The notes: generated by a model from the sequence alone, not told the origin. A stretch of 64,000 nt of DNA from the human T2T-CHM13v2.0 reference genome, Homo sapiens (GCF_009914755.1 NC_060933.1); one strand, 5' to 3'. Positions 16,849 to 31,483 are shown, numbered from the stretch's first letter. Numbers and translations are program-made.

Positions 16849-17289
16849 GCCTCTATGGCATTTTCTTTTTCTTGCTATTACTCCTGATGATTGTATGTGT
16901 GTGTGTGTTGATGTCCTGGTCTGAAGTAAACTTGGCAATAGGACATGAGATCAAGTTTATAATTATTCTAATTATTTTGAAACATCCATAAATAAATTAT
17001 GGGGGGAAAATATTTTTGGAGCAGAAACGATTTTTAATATAAATGTATGTTTTCTAGGGTAATTTTCTCAGGTTTCTTTGCATAAAATGAGCTAATCACT
17101 AGAACCAAATCACCATCTGCCAAGTTTTACAATGTGCAAAATCCCAAGTACTATATTAGTTTCTGTGGAATATCTTAAACATGCCCTGGGACCACTGTCA
17201 TAATAATATATATGCCAATTATAAGCAAATCTACCAGCCAACACAGCAATTTTTCCTACATTTGTTAGCACTTTTTGTTACTTTGCATT

Positions 17290-17415
17290 ATAATTATCTT
17301 TTTACATACCTGTCTTCTCCCTTAGACTCAGAAGTCAGATGTAAAAAGGTTTAGCACATAACATGCACTCAATGGTTTCTTTGTTTAATGAATAAATAAA
17401 ATTATCAAATGAATG
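17290..17415 (+). mobile_element. L2 3' end fragment
   Basis: ttagcacataacatgcactcaat...tgtttaatgaataaat. Confidence 0.5.
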
Positions 17416-19200
17416 TATCATTTTATTTTTATTGAAATAAAATTTGTATTTATTTTCAAATAGTACTTATTTCATGTTGAAATGCAATTTGTATTTTTTC
17501 TCCAACAACTCATGGAACGAAGGGAAACACAACCTATTTTCAGAGATGATAAGATTATTTGGCAAAAGCTTTGCCACAGATGTTTCACCCAATCCTTGAC
17601 TTTTCACTCTTCCCCTAATTCATCTTTATTATTCATCTCAGCATCTGATCACACATTTGACTTCTGCTCTAAAACTTACTCCACAATTCTAAAGTGGTTT
17701 TAGAGAGCCTTTTCTGGTTCGTATATTTCACAAGTAACAATTCAATGATTACACCTAAAAAAAATCCAAGAGCTGCTTCCTTGTCCCATTTCAGCAAATT
17801 CTTCCTTGCTTCCTAGGTTTGTATGTATGCCATATAAAGTTTGGATTTAAATTTCAAAACTCACCATTTTTAGTTAAAATATTAATAGTCTTTAGTATCC
17901 ATTTCTTCAGTAATTTTCTAACAACTCTTTCTAACATCATGAGGAAACCACTAAATTTTTATACAGAATAGTATAACTTTGCTGTCCTAAATGATTTATC
18001 TGTAACTATGAACATAAGCAATGTCTTTAGCACAGAGAAAATAAGACAAATGCATTTCTAAGGACCAGTTTATATACTGTTAATGTTACTTGTTAATATT
18101 ATATAAATGTTAATTCTTCATAAATATCTTTCTACACTCTCAAGATTAGGAATTTGATGTATTATATTTTCTTTCATAGAAATTCAGTAAACATGTAAAT
18201 GCTAAGCTTCAGTAACTATTTTCTTGATTATTAGTCAATATTTTAAGATGTATTAGAAACAGGAAATGCAAATAAATTATTTTTAATTCTATTATCCCAC
18301 CTATCATAGATATTAAGCTTTGTATGAAATTTTCTTTGTACAATCAGAAGTTTTCATTCTGACAGAAAGCTTTACAGTTCATTTAAATAACCTGGTTTCA
18401 GTTTGTTAATCATCATTAATTGATTTTGAAAATAAATTATAATTTATTTTAATTGAAATATTATTTTTATTCAATAGTTTACAAAATCCAGATACTTGTA
18501 CTGGTGAGATATAGGCACACCTATTTTAGTTTTTTAACAACTAAACAACACAATTACAATAGCAAGTTTGAACTACAGAACTTTTTTCTACAGATGAAGA
18601 AGAGCTGCACTCTCGTATACCTTCCAGTGAAGATTTCAACCTGTGGAGGAAAATAATTATAACACCCCCTCAGACAAACACATATATCAATCATTTATTT
18701 GCAATGTAATTTATAGGTTGTTTGAGACAATGTATCCCTATAATCATTAAAACAAAAATTGTTTGGGATGTGAACCTTTTATTTCGTAATTTAACTTTCT
18801 CTGCTGTTACTTGTTCCTCCATGAAATCCATATTGTAAACAATTTCAGAAAAATATATGCCAAGAAGATGACAAGAATGTTAGAGTTCTCTCCTGCATGA
18901 GATTATTTAACCTAAACCACCTCAACTGTGAAAACTGGGGATGCAACTTTGAGAAAACATTTTGAATGTGACAGCAAAATTACTTTCTGATGTTTATACA
19001 TTTTTCATAATGCTGTTCCCAGTAGAACTGATTTCTGTATTTCTTACAGCAATAGTATGAAGAATCAACCTTTTAAAAGGATTGGGATTTGCTGACACTG
19101 CTGATAGAGTGCCTTGTTAGCTGAGAGACAATGATGTGGTTAAATGCAGCAAAGTAATAACTTTGAGAAATGAGGAGGTATCAAGAAAGGGAGTTGTACA

Positions 19201-19244
19201 GCCCTATATGTCTGCATTTGTGTGAGAGAAAAAAGAGAGGAAAA
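19201..19244 (+). repeat. Donor copy of a 44-bp direct repeat (second copy 20321-20364)
   Basis: gccctat(a/g)tgtctgcatttgtgtgagagaaaaaagagaggaaaa, 43/44 identical. Confidence 0.95.
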
Positions 19245-20363
19245 TAGTGAGATAGACAGAAATGAAATAAGACAGTCAGAGCAGAGGATTCAGACAATGT
19301 GCCACTGAGGTCGATAAATCTATACTTATTTTTTACATTCTGCAAGGTCATAGATGACGCTGACATTGGTCTCCTAGCAACCAACTCTACTAACCTACTT
19401 TTGTCCCTATCACTGGAGAATGGGTTTGGTGCTTTGAGCTGTGTTTCTACATAAAAAAGAAGGAATCAAAGTGATGCTGGGTAACTACTGATGGGTAAAA
19501 TTTTTAAAAAGGACGCACATATACAGAAACGTAAACACTTCTGGTCTCTTTCTTATCTAAGTTTACAAAGTTCAGAGTGGTCTTTCTACATATTTCTTAG
19601 AATTGAGAATAAATGTCCAATTATCACAAAATTTTTGCATTTTTAAATATCTAAAATACATGATGTATAGCACGCGTGATACTTTAATACATCTAAATTC
19701 AAGATATAAAAAGTAAAATATACGTCAATTTAGCTAGTGACCAGGATTAGATCCTAGTGACCAGGATCTAATGAGAAAAATAAATTAAGCAAAATAAACT
19801 AAATTCTAATATAGCTGTTACTTTTAAGTTTTATTATGTAAACATAATTGTAAAAGCAAAGTTTTATAAATATAATTATAAATTCCCAATATATCATGTT
19901 TTGTCCTTCGAGTTCAGAAGCAATATTCTCAGAATTAGTTTTCTGTGACTCTAAATTTTAGGAACTCTGTTATCTCTTAAGTTTTCATTTTTTTCTTTTT
20001 TTTAGTTTTATTTATATATAACTTTTTGGTTCTATTAATTCAGGTCTTCATATCAATTTCTTATCTCCACAATTCTATTGTTATCTTTTCTTGAGGGTCT
20101 CCTTAGTCTTTATTCTCATAGAGCGGACAATGAAATTATTGTAACCTATTTTGCCCACATAATTCTTAAGAAGGTAAATAATAATGACACGGATTCATAT
20201 TTCCTAGTGAGAGGTGATCCAGTACATGGTCTTAAATTCAGGAATCTCTTCTCCAAAGTCATAAAACCCTTGACTATTTGCACATTGTGGGACAGCTTAA
20301 TTACGTGTGCTTCATGTATGGCCCTATGTGTCTGCATTTGTGTGAGAGAAAAAAGAGAGGAAA

Positions 20364-20908
20364 ACAGATTTTTTTGTAGTTACCATTTTAATTACACAAA
20401 ACATCTTAGTGTTATAGCATTCTATTTTAACCAAATTACAAACTTAATTTTAATCGCATATAAAAATTATACTACTTTATAGTTCCGCATCCCCAATTTA
20501 TATTACTAAGGTCACTAATTACATTTTATATGTTATATACTCATTAATATAGTTTAATAGTTTATAATTGTTCTTGTCATTTAAATTCTATGCACCAAAT
20601 TATTATGGTATAATTTATTATATTTGTCTGTATATTTGCCTTTATTGAAGAACATTGTATGTTCATATTGCTTTGTGTTGCTACCTACCATCCTTTTCCT
20701 TCTATTTTAAAAGGTCCCTTTAGCATTTCTTGTATAGAAGATACAGTGGTGAAGAATATCCACAGTACATTTTTCATATTTATTAGTTATTTTTATTTCA
20801 ATTTAATATTGTGTATTCATGTCCTTTGCCTGTCTTCTAGTGGAATGTTAATTTTTAAAACATTTTTCATTTGCTCTTTACATAGGAAGTGTATTACATT
20901 TTGATGTA
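20364..20908 (-). repeat. Left arm of a 545-bp inverted repeat (copy of 22397-22942)
   Basis: Direct reverse-complement alignment, about 21 differences by manual count; ORFs 20659+ and 22401- are nearly identical. Confidence 0.97.
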
Positions 20909-21737
20909 TGATTTCTGCCTTTAGTATTAGAGTTGTATGATATGGATTCTAGATACCCCAGTTTTCTTTATGCCCTCTTACCTTCAACTCTTAAAAAGTG
21001 ACTCAAGAATATTTTCTACAGTATTTCATGGTACACCTTAAAACACAAGTCTCAGAACTGAATGAAATACCCCAAATTGTATACATTATTATCTCCTTGA
21101 TCAACGCATTACCAATCCACAACTGCCATTATTTCCTTTAGAAATAACCAAACACCATTATAGTAAACAAATATGTGATTGATTTTCCCAGAATTTCACT
21201 AATCGGTCACCCCCAATTATATAATACATTTGTGCAAAAATTGAGCAAATATTTTGGGCCTTCAGGGAAATTGTATTATCCCTTATCTTAAACTGATTTT
21301 TTTCACATCTTGGATTATATTTTCAACTTTTTAAGATATGTTTTCAACCTTGATTTAGTCATAGAATCAGTATCTCCTAGTTTTTTCTTTGGTCATGTGA
21401 AAATGCTATGTCTGCCATTAAATACTCTTTCAAAATATTTATAAGCTCTATTAACATGACCTTTAGTTTCAAGATGGTGTACTGAACACATCTATTAGCC
21501 TTCCCTGATTTCCAAAACCTAAGTAACATTTCCAAAATAATATTATTTAGGAAAAAAAAATCTATATAAATATTTTTAAATAAGGAAAGATATTATTGTT
21601 AAGAAAACAAACAAAAGAGGCAAACTGATGGATATCAGGAACTAGTGTTCTTACATTAATGCAACTGCTTCCCGAGTAGAGTGGGAAGGTAAACATAAAA
21701 ACTCATTATTTGGAAAAATAATTTAAAATTGTAATAA

Positions 21738-22379
<642 letters not shown>

Positions 22380-22396
22380 TAATATATATAAAGTTT

Positions 22397-22942
22397 TACA
22401 TCAAAATTTAATACACTTCCTGTGTAAACAGCAAATGAAAAATATTGTTAAAATTAACATTCCACTAGAAGACAGGCAAAGGACATGAATACACAATATT
22501 AAATTGAAATAAAAATAACTAATAAATATGAAAAATGTACTGTGGATATTCTTCACCACTGTATCTGCTATACAAGAAATGCTAAAGGGACCTTTTAAAA
22601 TAGAAGGAAAAGGATGGTAGGTAGCAACACAAAGCAATATGAACATACAATGCTCTTCAATAAAGGCAAATACGCAGACAAATATAATAAATTATACCAT
22701 AATAATTTGGTGCATAGAATTTAAATGACAAGAACAATTATAAACAATGAAACTATATTAATGAGTATATAATATATAAAAAAGTAATTAGTGACCTTAG
22801 TAATATAAATTGGGGATGTGGAACTATAAAGTAGTAGAGTTTTTATATGTGATTAAAATTAAGTTTGTAATTCGGTTAAAATAGAATGCTATAACACTAG
22901 GATGTTTTGTGTAATTAAAATGGTAACTACAAAAAAATCTGT
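22397..22942 (+). repeat. Right arm of the 545-bp inverted repeat (spans flank and the 5' edge of an L1M)
   Basis: Reverse complement of 20364-20908; continues seamlessly into L1 downstream, so probably the donor. Confidence 0.97.
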
Positions 22943-23171
22943 AGAATGTACTCAAAAAGGAATGAGAAGAGAATTAAAGTACATAATGTTAAAAATCAAT
23001 AAAATGAAAAGGAAGGCAATGAGAAGAAATGAAGAACAAAAAACCTATAATCCATTAGAAAATAATATTCACAATGACAATAATACCTGTACTTTTTTTT
23101 ATCAGTAATTACTTTAAATATAGATGGACTGAATTCCCAAATTAAAAGTCATAGATTGTCTGAATGGATTA

Positions 23172-23438
<267 letters not shown>

Positions 23439-23572
23439 CTAGATTGTCTACAAGAGCCTCATGATAGATCTAAGGACACACACAGGTGGAAAGTAAAAGA
23501 CTGAAAATGGCATTTCTTGCAAGTAGCAGAAAAAAATAGAGAGAGACAGCGAGACGGATGGCTATACTAATA

Positions 23573-23835
23573 TAATCCCAGTACTTTGGGAGGCCAAGGC
23601 GGGCAGATCACCTGAGGTCAGGAGTTCGAGACCAGCCTGGCCAACAGGGTGAAACCCTATCTCTACTAAAAATTACCCGGGCATGGTGGTATGCTCCTGT
23701 AATCTCAGCTACTTGAGAGGCTGAGGCAGGAGAATCACTTTAACCCAGGAGGCGGAGGTTGCAGTGAGCCGTGATCATACCACTGCACTCCAGCCCGGGC
23801 AAGAGAGTGAGACTCTGCCTCAAAAAACAAAAAAA
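23573..23835 (+). mobile_element. 5'-truncated AluS inside L1, shortened middle A-linker
   Basis: taatcccagtactttgggagg...gagactctgcctcaaaaaa. Confidence 0.92.
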
Positions 23836-26800
23836 TGTACTTAATGAAAACCCATTATAGGAGCCAAATAAGAGCAATTAATTAATAATAAAAGTATCAA
23901 TTAATTAATAAGATGTAAAAATTACAAATCTTTATTCTCCAATACTTAGAGCTCCTAAAGACACGAAGCAAACTTTGACAGAATGGAAGTGAGGAACAGA
24001 CAACACAGTAACAATAGGAGACTTCAAAACCCCTCTTTTAATAATGAACAAGTAGATAGAAAATCATTATGGCAATAGACAATTTGAACAACACTCTACA
24101 CCACTTGGACCTAACAGACATATAGAGAATACTTCACTCAACAACCGCAGAATATATATTATTCTGGAGTGTACAAGGAATGTTCTTCAGGATAAAACAC
24201 ATACTAGGACACATAAGTCAACAAATTCAACAAGATTCAAGTCATACAGATAGTCTTTTTAATCACAGTGAAGTGAAACCAGAAATCAATAGCACATAGA
24301 AAATTGGAAAATCCACAAATACGTGAAATTAAATGACACATCCTTAAACAATGAATGGTCATAAGGAAAATGAGAACGTATCTGGGGATAAACATAAATA
24401 AAAATAAAACATACCAAAAGTTATGGCATAGCAATGGTGGTGCTAAGAAAGAAGCTTATAGCTGTAAATACACATATTAAAAGAGAAGAAAGACCTCAAA
24501 TCAACAGTCTAACTTTACACCGCAAGAAACCAGATAAAAGAATCACAAATTAAACACAAAGCTAGCAGAAAGAAGGAAATAATAAAAATTAGAGCAGAGG
24601 TAAATAAAACAGAAACCATAAAAACCATAGAAAAAAATCAAACTAAGAAATGGTTTTCTTGAAAAGATTAACAAATTGACAAACCCTTATCTAGATTAAC
24701 CAATAAATAAGAGAGAGTACTCAAATAATTAAAATCAGCAATAAATAAAGAGGACATTAAAACAACACCATAGAAAATAAAAAAGCATTACAGAAGAATA
24801 CTATGAACAACTGTAGGTCAAACGATTGCATAGTCTAGAAGAAATGGATACATTCCTATAAATACACAACCTACCAATACTGAATCATAAAAAAGAAGAA
24901 AATCTGAACCGATCAAATACAAGTAAGAAGATTTAATTGGTAATCAAAAACCTCCAAACAAAGAAAAGGGTAGGACTAGATGTATTTTACCAAGCCTTTA
25001 AAGAATTAAGTCCCATCTTCCTGAAACTTTTCTGAAATATTGATGAGAAGGGAACATTTCTAGGCTAAGTCTATGAAGCCAACATTGTCCTTATGCCAAA
25101 ACCAGGCAAAGACACTCCAAGGTAGCTACAGAACAATATCTCTGAAAAGTATTAATGCAAAAATTCTCAACATAATACTAGAAAACCAAATTCAACATTA
25201 AAAGGATTATATACCATGAACAGGAGGAATTTAATCCTGAAATGCAAGGATGGCTTAACATAACAAAGTCAATTAATATAATGCATCATATTAACATAAT
25301 GAGGGCTAAAAACCACCTCAATTAATGCAAATAAAGCATTTGGCAAGATGCAACATTATTTTATGGTTAAAGAAAACACTCAGCAAATTAGGAATAGAAG
25401 GAAAATAACTCAATATAATAAAAGCCATTTATAAAAAACCCACAGCTGACATTATACTTAATGGTGAAAGGCTGATGGCTTTTTCTCTAAGATTAGGAAC
25501 AAGACTAGGATACCCAGTCTTGCCACTTTTATTTAACATAGTATTGGAAGTGCTAGCAAGAACACTTATACAACAAAGAGAAAATAAATTAAAAGTTATC
25601 CATTTTGGAAAGAAAGAAGTAAAATTACCTCTCTTTATAGGTGACATGATCTCATATGTAGAAAACCCTAACAATTCTGCACACACAAAAATTGTTAGCA
25701 TCAATAAACTAATTCAGCAAAGTTCCATGATAGAAAATTGATTTAAAAAATCAGTAGCATTTTTATACACAATGAAACAATAAAAATTCTGAAAGTTAAG
25801 AAAACTTTCATTTGCAATAGCATCAAATAAAATATTTAGGAATAAACCTAACCAAGATGTGAAAGACTTTTATACTGAAAACTACAAAACATTGCTGAGA
25901 TAAATTAAAACACAAATAAATTAAAAGACATCTCATGTTCATGGATTCAAAGTGTTAATATTGTTAATATGTACATACTACCCAAAGTGATCTACAAATT
26001 CAACAAAGTCCCTATCAAAATCCCAATGGTATTTTTTGCAGACATAGAAAAATTCATCTTAAGATTCACATGGAATCTCAAAAGATGCCAAACAGCCAAA
26101 ACAATCCAGGGAAAAATAAGAACAAAGCTATAGAACTCACCTTTCTAATTTCAAAACATATCGCAAAGCTATGGTAACTAAAACACAGTGGTTCCCGTAT
26201 AAAGACAGACTAACAGGTCAATGTAATAAAAGACAATCCCAAAATAAACCTTTAAGTCTATGGCCAAATGATCATCTAAAAAAGTGCCAAGACCACTCCC
26301 TCAACGTAGAAAGGACAGTCTCTTCAACAAAGAGTTCTCAGAAATCTTGAGATCTATATGCAAAAGAATAAAGTTCGATTGGTACCATATATCATATACA
26401 AAAATTAACTAAAAAGAAAGACCTAAACATAATACCTGAAACTATAATACTCCTAGAAGAAAACATAGGACAAAATGGCATTGAACTAGACAATTATTTC
26501 TTAGATATGATACCAGAAAAAAAATACTGTGTGATATCACTTATGTGAGATATCTAAATTAGTCAAGTTCATAGAAACAGAAGTAGAATAGTGGTTACCA
26601 GGGGCTGGAGGCAAGGGTAAAGGATAATTGTTGTTTAATGGGTATAGGGTTTCAGATGTGCAAGATGAAAAATTTCCGGAGATCTCTTTCACAGCAATGT
26701 AAATATGTTTAACACTGAAAAACCATACATTTAAAAATGGATAAGGTAAAAAAAAAAGATGAAATCTGCATTTGATATTGTTCCTATGAAGCCCATATTT

Positions 26801-27790
26801 AAGATTATAAAGCAAAGTGAGACATGATTGTGTTGAAATCTTTGCAGACTGCATTTAAAGCTTTCAATTTTGACTTTATGTTCTCAGTCCTCTGTCAACA
26901 AACATCTTTTCCCTGACAGTGTCATCACCCCTTATTTTTCAGTATAATTCATCCTCCAAATTTCCATCCTCTTCTCCACTTAATGATGAAAGAATTCTTA
27001 TTCCATTCATCTGCAACTTATTTGTATTACATACTAACCTACCTTCCATGTGTACTTTTAAGTTTGTTTCTCTGATAAAGAGAATTTATTTCCTCTTAAA
27101 TTAATAAATCACATGTCTTAGGGAACCTATAGAAAATACTTATGTGTTGATGATAACCTTCATCTTCCACCTAAAAATCACAGTTCTGGTTTTCTATAAG
27201 CAAAACCATTTGATACATAGTGGCTCATTGCTTTGATATTTGTTTAAAAAATAAATACCTTGCAGATGTGATATATTTTTGCCCTCCTCTAGTTTAAACT
27301 TTTCTTTATTTGTTTTTATTTATTCAAATGTATGTGTTGAATGACAGCCATTGGCCTTAAAAGCATCTAGGTTTCAGAGGTTAACACCCACTCTCAAGCT
27401 CTCTTCTTGCTCTTTCTCTCTGCATCCTCATTGGTCATGACTTGAGTATTTCTAGCATCTGCCCAAAACTGAACATAGTAATTATTCTACTATTACCATG
27501 GGGAGTCTATATTCTCATTAAACAGAGTTTCTAGGCTATGACCAATATTGATTTACTTATAGATTATAATAAGAGGCAAAAAATAATGTTCAAATATTCT
27601 GTAAGAAAATAGGTGCTTGTTTTCACCTGAGGGGTTTGAACTAGGGACATGGAAGAGACGGACTGAAGGAAGACCATACAGGTGGTCAGTGGAAATGACA
27701 GAGCAGAGAAATGGAAGCATGGATACAAAAATTTAAAAGTTAGAGCAAAGTAATAGCAATGTTGGGAGGCAAAGTCAGAATCTCCGACTT

Positions 27791-28092
27791 GTTTTTTTTT
27801 GTTTTTTTTTTTTGAGATGGAGTCTCACTCTGTTGCCAGGCTGAAGTGCAGTGGCACAATCTCTGCTCACTGCAACCTCCACCTCCTGGTTTCAAGATTC
27901 TCCCACCTCAGCCTCCAGAGTAGCTTGGATTACAGGTGCCTGCCACCATGCCCAACTAATTTTTGTATTTTTAGTAGAGATGGGGTTTTGCCATGTTGGC
28001 CAGGCTGGTCTTGAACTCCTGGCCTCAGGTGATCCACCTGCCTGGACCTCCCACAGTGCTGGGATTACAGGAATGAGCTACTGTGCCCAGCC
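27791..28092 (-). mobile_element. AluS
   Basis: TSD agaatctc(c/t)gactt at 27777-27790 and 28094-28107. Confidence 0.95.
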
Positions 28093-28427
28093 TAGAATCT
28101 CTGACTTCTTATGTAATGTCAGTATGAGTCTGTGATGGTGACAATGGTGCTGTTTCTATTGCTGCTGAGGACAATCATAATGATGATGATAAAAGAGTGA
28201 ATAATATTAAAAGAAACATTCCATGGTAATATCAGCTTGTGTTTACAGACCTGATCAGTGGAGAAATAAAAACAAATGAGCCATGTAAAAGTCATTATAA
28301 TAATATAGCCATGAATATTTCAGCTTTATAGTTAGTCAGATGGATTTGCATCCCTTACCAGTCGTATAAATTTAGCAAATTACTTAATTTTGCTAAAGCA
28401 AATTTTTTTCACCTATAAAACAGATGT

Positions 28428-30422
28428 ATACTAAACACACATTGATGAAAGAAACTGAAGACTAAAAAGCGGAAAAATATAATATATTCATGGATTAAAA
28501 TAATTAATATTGTTAAAATGTTCATACTACCCAAAGCAATCTATAGATTTAAATGTAAATTCTATCAAAATTACAGGAATTGTTTAAAATTACATGAAGT
28601 TTATTTTTAAATCCTAAAATTTATGTGGAACCACAGAAGTCCTTGAATAGCCAAAGAAATCTTGAACAAAAAGAAAAAAAGCATTGGATGTATCACACTA
28701 CCTGATTTCAAAATTCATTGCAAAGCTATGGTAATCAAAACAACAAGCTACTGGCATAAAAACAGACACTTGTACCAATGGGATGGAACAGAAACCTCAG
28801 AAATAAACCTACATATTTACGGCCAATTAATTTTTCACAAAGTTGCCAAAAACACCCAATGGGGAAATGAGAGGTTCTATAATAAAAAGTGTTGGGAAAA
28901 CTGGATATCCACTTGTAGTAGAATAAAATTGAACCCTTATCTCACACCATATGCAAAAATCAACTCAAAATGGACTAAAAACTTAAATTTAATATCTGAA
29001 ATTGTAAGAGTACTAGAAGAAAACATAAGGGGAATCTCCATTACATTGGTTTGGGCAATGATTTTTCTGTATAAACAAAAAAAGATGAATGTGATTGTAT
29101 CAAATTTAAAGCTTTTTACACAGCAAAGGTAACAAGGAACAGAGTGAACAGACAATCAACAGATTGGGAGAAAATATTTGCAAACCATACATATGATAAG
29201 GGGCTAGTATCTAAAATATATTTTAAAAATTGGCAACTTAATAGAAGGAAACAACCCAATTTTTAAAATGGGCAAAGGACCTGACTACATATTTCTTAAA
29301 AAAAGACAAAAGGCCAGTAGATATATGAAAAAATGCTCAACATTAATCAGGGAAATGCAAATTAAAACCACAATGAAACATCACCTCACACTTGTTAAAA
29401 TAGGTATTTCAGAAAGACAAAATATAACAAAAGTTGGGGAGGATGTGGAGAAAAGGGAACCCTTACACACTGTTGGTGGGAATTTAAATTAGTCATTATG
29501 AAAAACAGTATGTAAGGTCCTCAAAAAGTAAAAATAGAATTACCATGATCCAGCAATTCCACTTCCGGGTATAAAAGGAGACTAATTTTTCTCTCTATCC
29601 ATTCAAGAACAAGGTTGAGAAATCTCTTAATTATCCAAAAAAAAAAAAGGGGGGGCATTGCAGGCTGAGAGTGGGGGAATTGTGATGGTTCCTGCCTGTA
29701 AATCCCAGCACTTTGCAAGGCCAAGGTGGGAGGAAGGTTTGAGTCCAGGAGTAAGGCGGGGCTTAATGGAATTAAAATCAGTATGTCAAAGAAATATCTG
29801 CATTGCCCTGTTTACTGTAGTAATATTAACAATAGCCAAGATAGGAAAGCAATGTGAATGTTCATCAGTAGACAAATGGATAAAGAAAATATTGGCTGTA
29901 TGTTGTATATATGGAATACAATGGTACACTATTCAGCTTTTAAAAAGGAGGAAATCATACCATCTGTGACAACATGGATGAATCTGAAGAACATTGTGCT
30001 AAGTGAAATAAGCCAGGCACAGAAAAATCAATACTATATGATCTCACTTATATGTAGAATCTAAAAAAAGTCAAACTCATAGGAGCAGAGAGTAGAGTGG
30101 TGATTTTCAGAGGCTGTAGGGTTTGGAGGAGGAAAAAGATGTTAATGAAAAGGTACGAAGTTTTAATCAGACAGGAGAAATAGATTTTAGTGATATATTA
30201 CATAGCATGGTTACTATAATTAGTAATCATATATTGAATATTTCAATGCTGCTACAAGATTAGATTTAAATGTTCACATCTTTAAAAAATAAGTAGGTGA
30301 TGTCATAAATATGTTAATTAGCTTGATTTACTATTTCCACAATGTATACATATATCAAAGCACCATATTGTAATCCATAAATATATACAATTATTATGTT
30401 TCTATTAAAAATAAAATAATAC
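28428..30422 (+). mobile_element. L1MA-like 3' portion (ORF2 C-terminus and 3' UTR)
   Basis: Peptide ITLPDFKIHCKAMVIKT..WHKNRH..QW (28662-29132); A-rich tail; TSD-like aaa(c/t)agatgt. Confidence 0.9.
29574..29752 (-). repeat. Inverted copy of 30933-31108 (AluJ 5' end plus its flank) inserted in L1MA
   Basis: aaaggagactaatttttctctctatccattcaagaacaaggttgagaaatctcttaatta pairs with taattaagagatttcccaacctggtccttgaatggatggagagaaaaattagcctccttt. Confidence 0.9.
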
Positions 30423-30665
30423 ATAAATAGATGTTATAAATTTACCTAGCTGACAGTGTTATGAGACTTACACAGAAGATATTTGGAGCAGATTAAATGT
30501 TTAATAAGAATTAGTTATTGCTGTTAACTAATAAATCACAAACAAATGCTTGACCATTTAGGGTGTTTACTTAATGTTCTGTTGTTATATTCTATTATAA
30601 ATATAAAAGAATGAGATGAAACATGTGAAGTTGCTTTGTAAAATACAACTGTGCCCCAACATTTC

Positions 30666-31006
30666 TGTGTGTGTGTGACAGAGTATTGCTCTGTCATCCA
30701 GACTGGAGTGTAGTGGCATGATCACAGCTGACTGCTGCCTCAATGTCCCAGGCTCCAGTGATCCTCCCACCTCAGCCCAGTGAGTGATCCCAGATCTCTC
30801 ATGCTTAAGAGACCTTCTACCTTAGCCTTCTGAGTAGTTGGGACTACAGGTGCAGGTGCATGCCACCACTCCCTGCTATCTTTTTTATTTTTGAAAAATG
30901 TGGTTTCACCATGTTGCCAAGGCTGATCTTGAATTCTTGGACTCAAGCGATCCTCCTACTTTGGCTTCCCAATGTTCTGGGCTTTACAGGCGTGAACCAC
31001 CCGGCC
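30666..31006 (-). mobile_element. AluJ with (TG)n tail and an internal partial duplication near 30775-30825
   Basis: gatcacagctgactgc and actcaagcgatcctcc are J-type. Confidence 0.88.
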
Positions 31007-31029
31007 CCACAGCCTGTAATGCCATTTTT

Positions 31030-31483
31030 TATTGCACTTTGTATTGGCTAATTAAGAGATTTCCCAACCTGGTCCTTGAATGGATGGAGAGAAAAATTAG
31101 CCTCCTTTGCAACTACGGAAGACTTTGTGAGCTTACAAGATGCTATGGAAATCTACTTGTGGCTTCTGAAAAAGTTTTTTCTTTTTTCTACCTCTCCCGC
31201 AATATAACACAAAAATTAAGTTCTTTCTGCCTTTCTCTTCCTTGCTCTCTGTAGTGTGACAATATAACATTTGAAGCTGCTCCAAACAACTTTGACTGTA
31301 AGAAAAAGGCCAAGAGAATACAAGAGGCTCTAACCAAGGACTCTGACTTCACTAAGCCACTGAAACATTCCTGGCACTACCTACCTCCTGCCTTTTCGTT
31401 ATGGGAGGAAACCCTATTGGTTAGGTCACTGTGAGTATTAATGGCCACTATTAATGGTAACCAAAGCCATTCCTAACAGATAT
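31030..31483 (+). mobile_element. LTR33-like ERVL solo LTR
   Basis: aaggccaagagaat...agccactgaa...cctacctcc...aaaccctatt...cattcctaacagata follows the LTR33 3' half. Confidence 0.65.

Larger units (their letters stand above)
28330..30525 (+). mobile_element. MIR split by the L1MA insertion (28330-28427 and 30430-30525)
   Basis: ttagcaaattacttaa...ttttcacctataaaa, resuming as acctagc...tgttatgagactta after the L1 tail. Confidence 0.55.

Noticed and set aside
21233-21250. 17/18 match to the 12481-12498 repeat flank
   Set aside because: Short, AT-rich and 9 kb away; plausibly chance in a window of this size.
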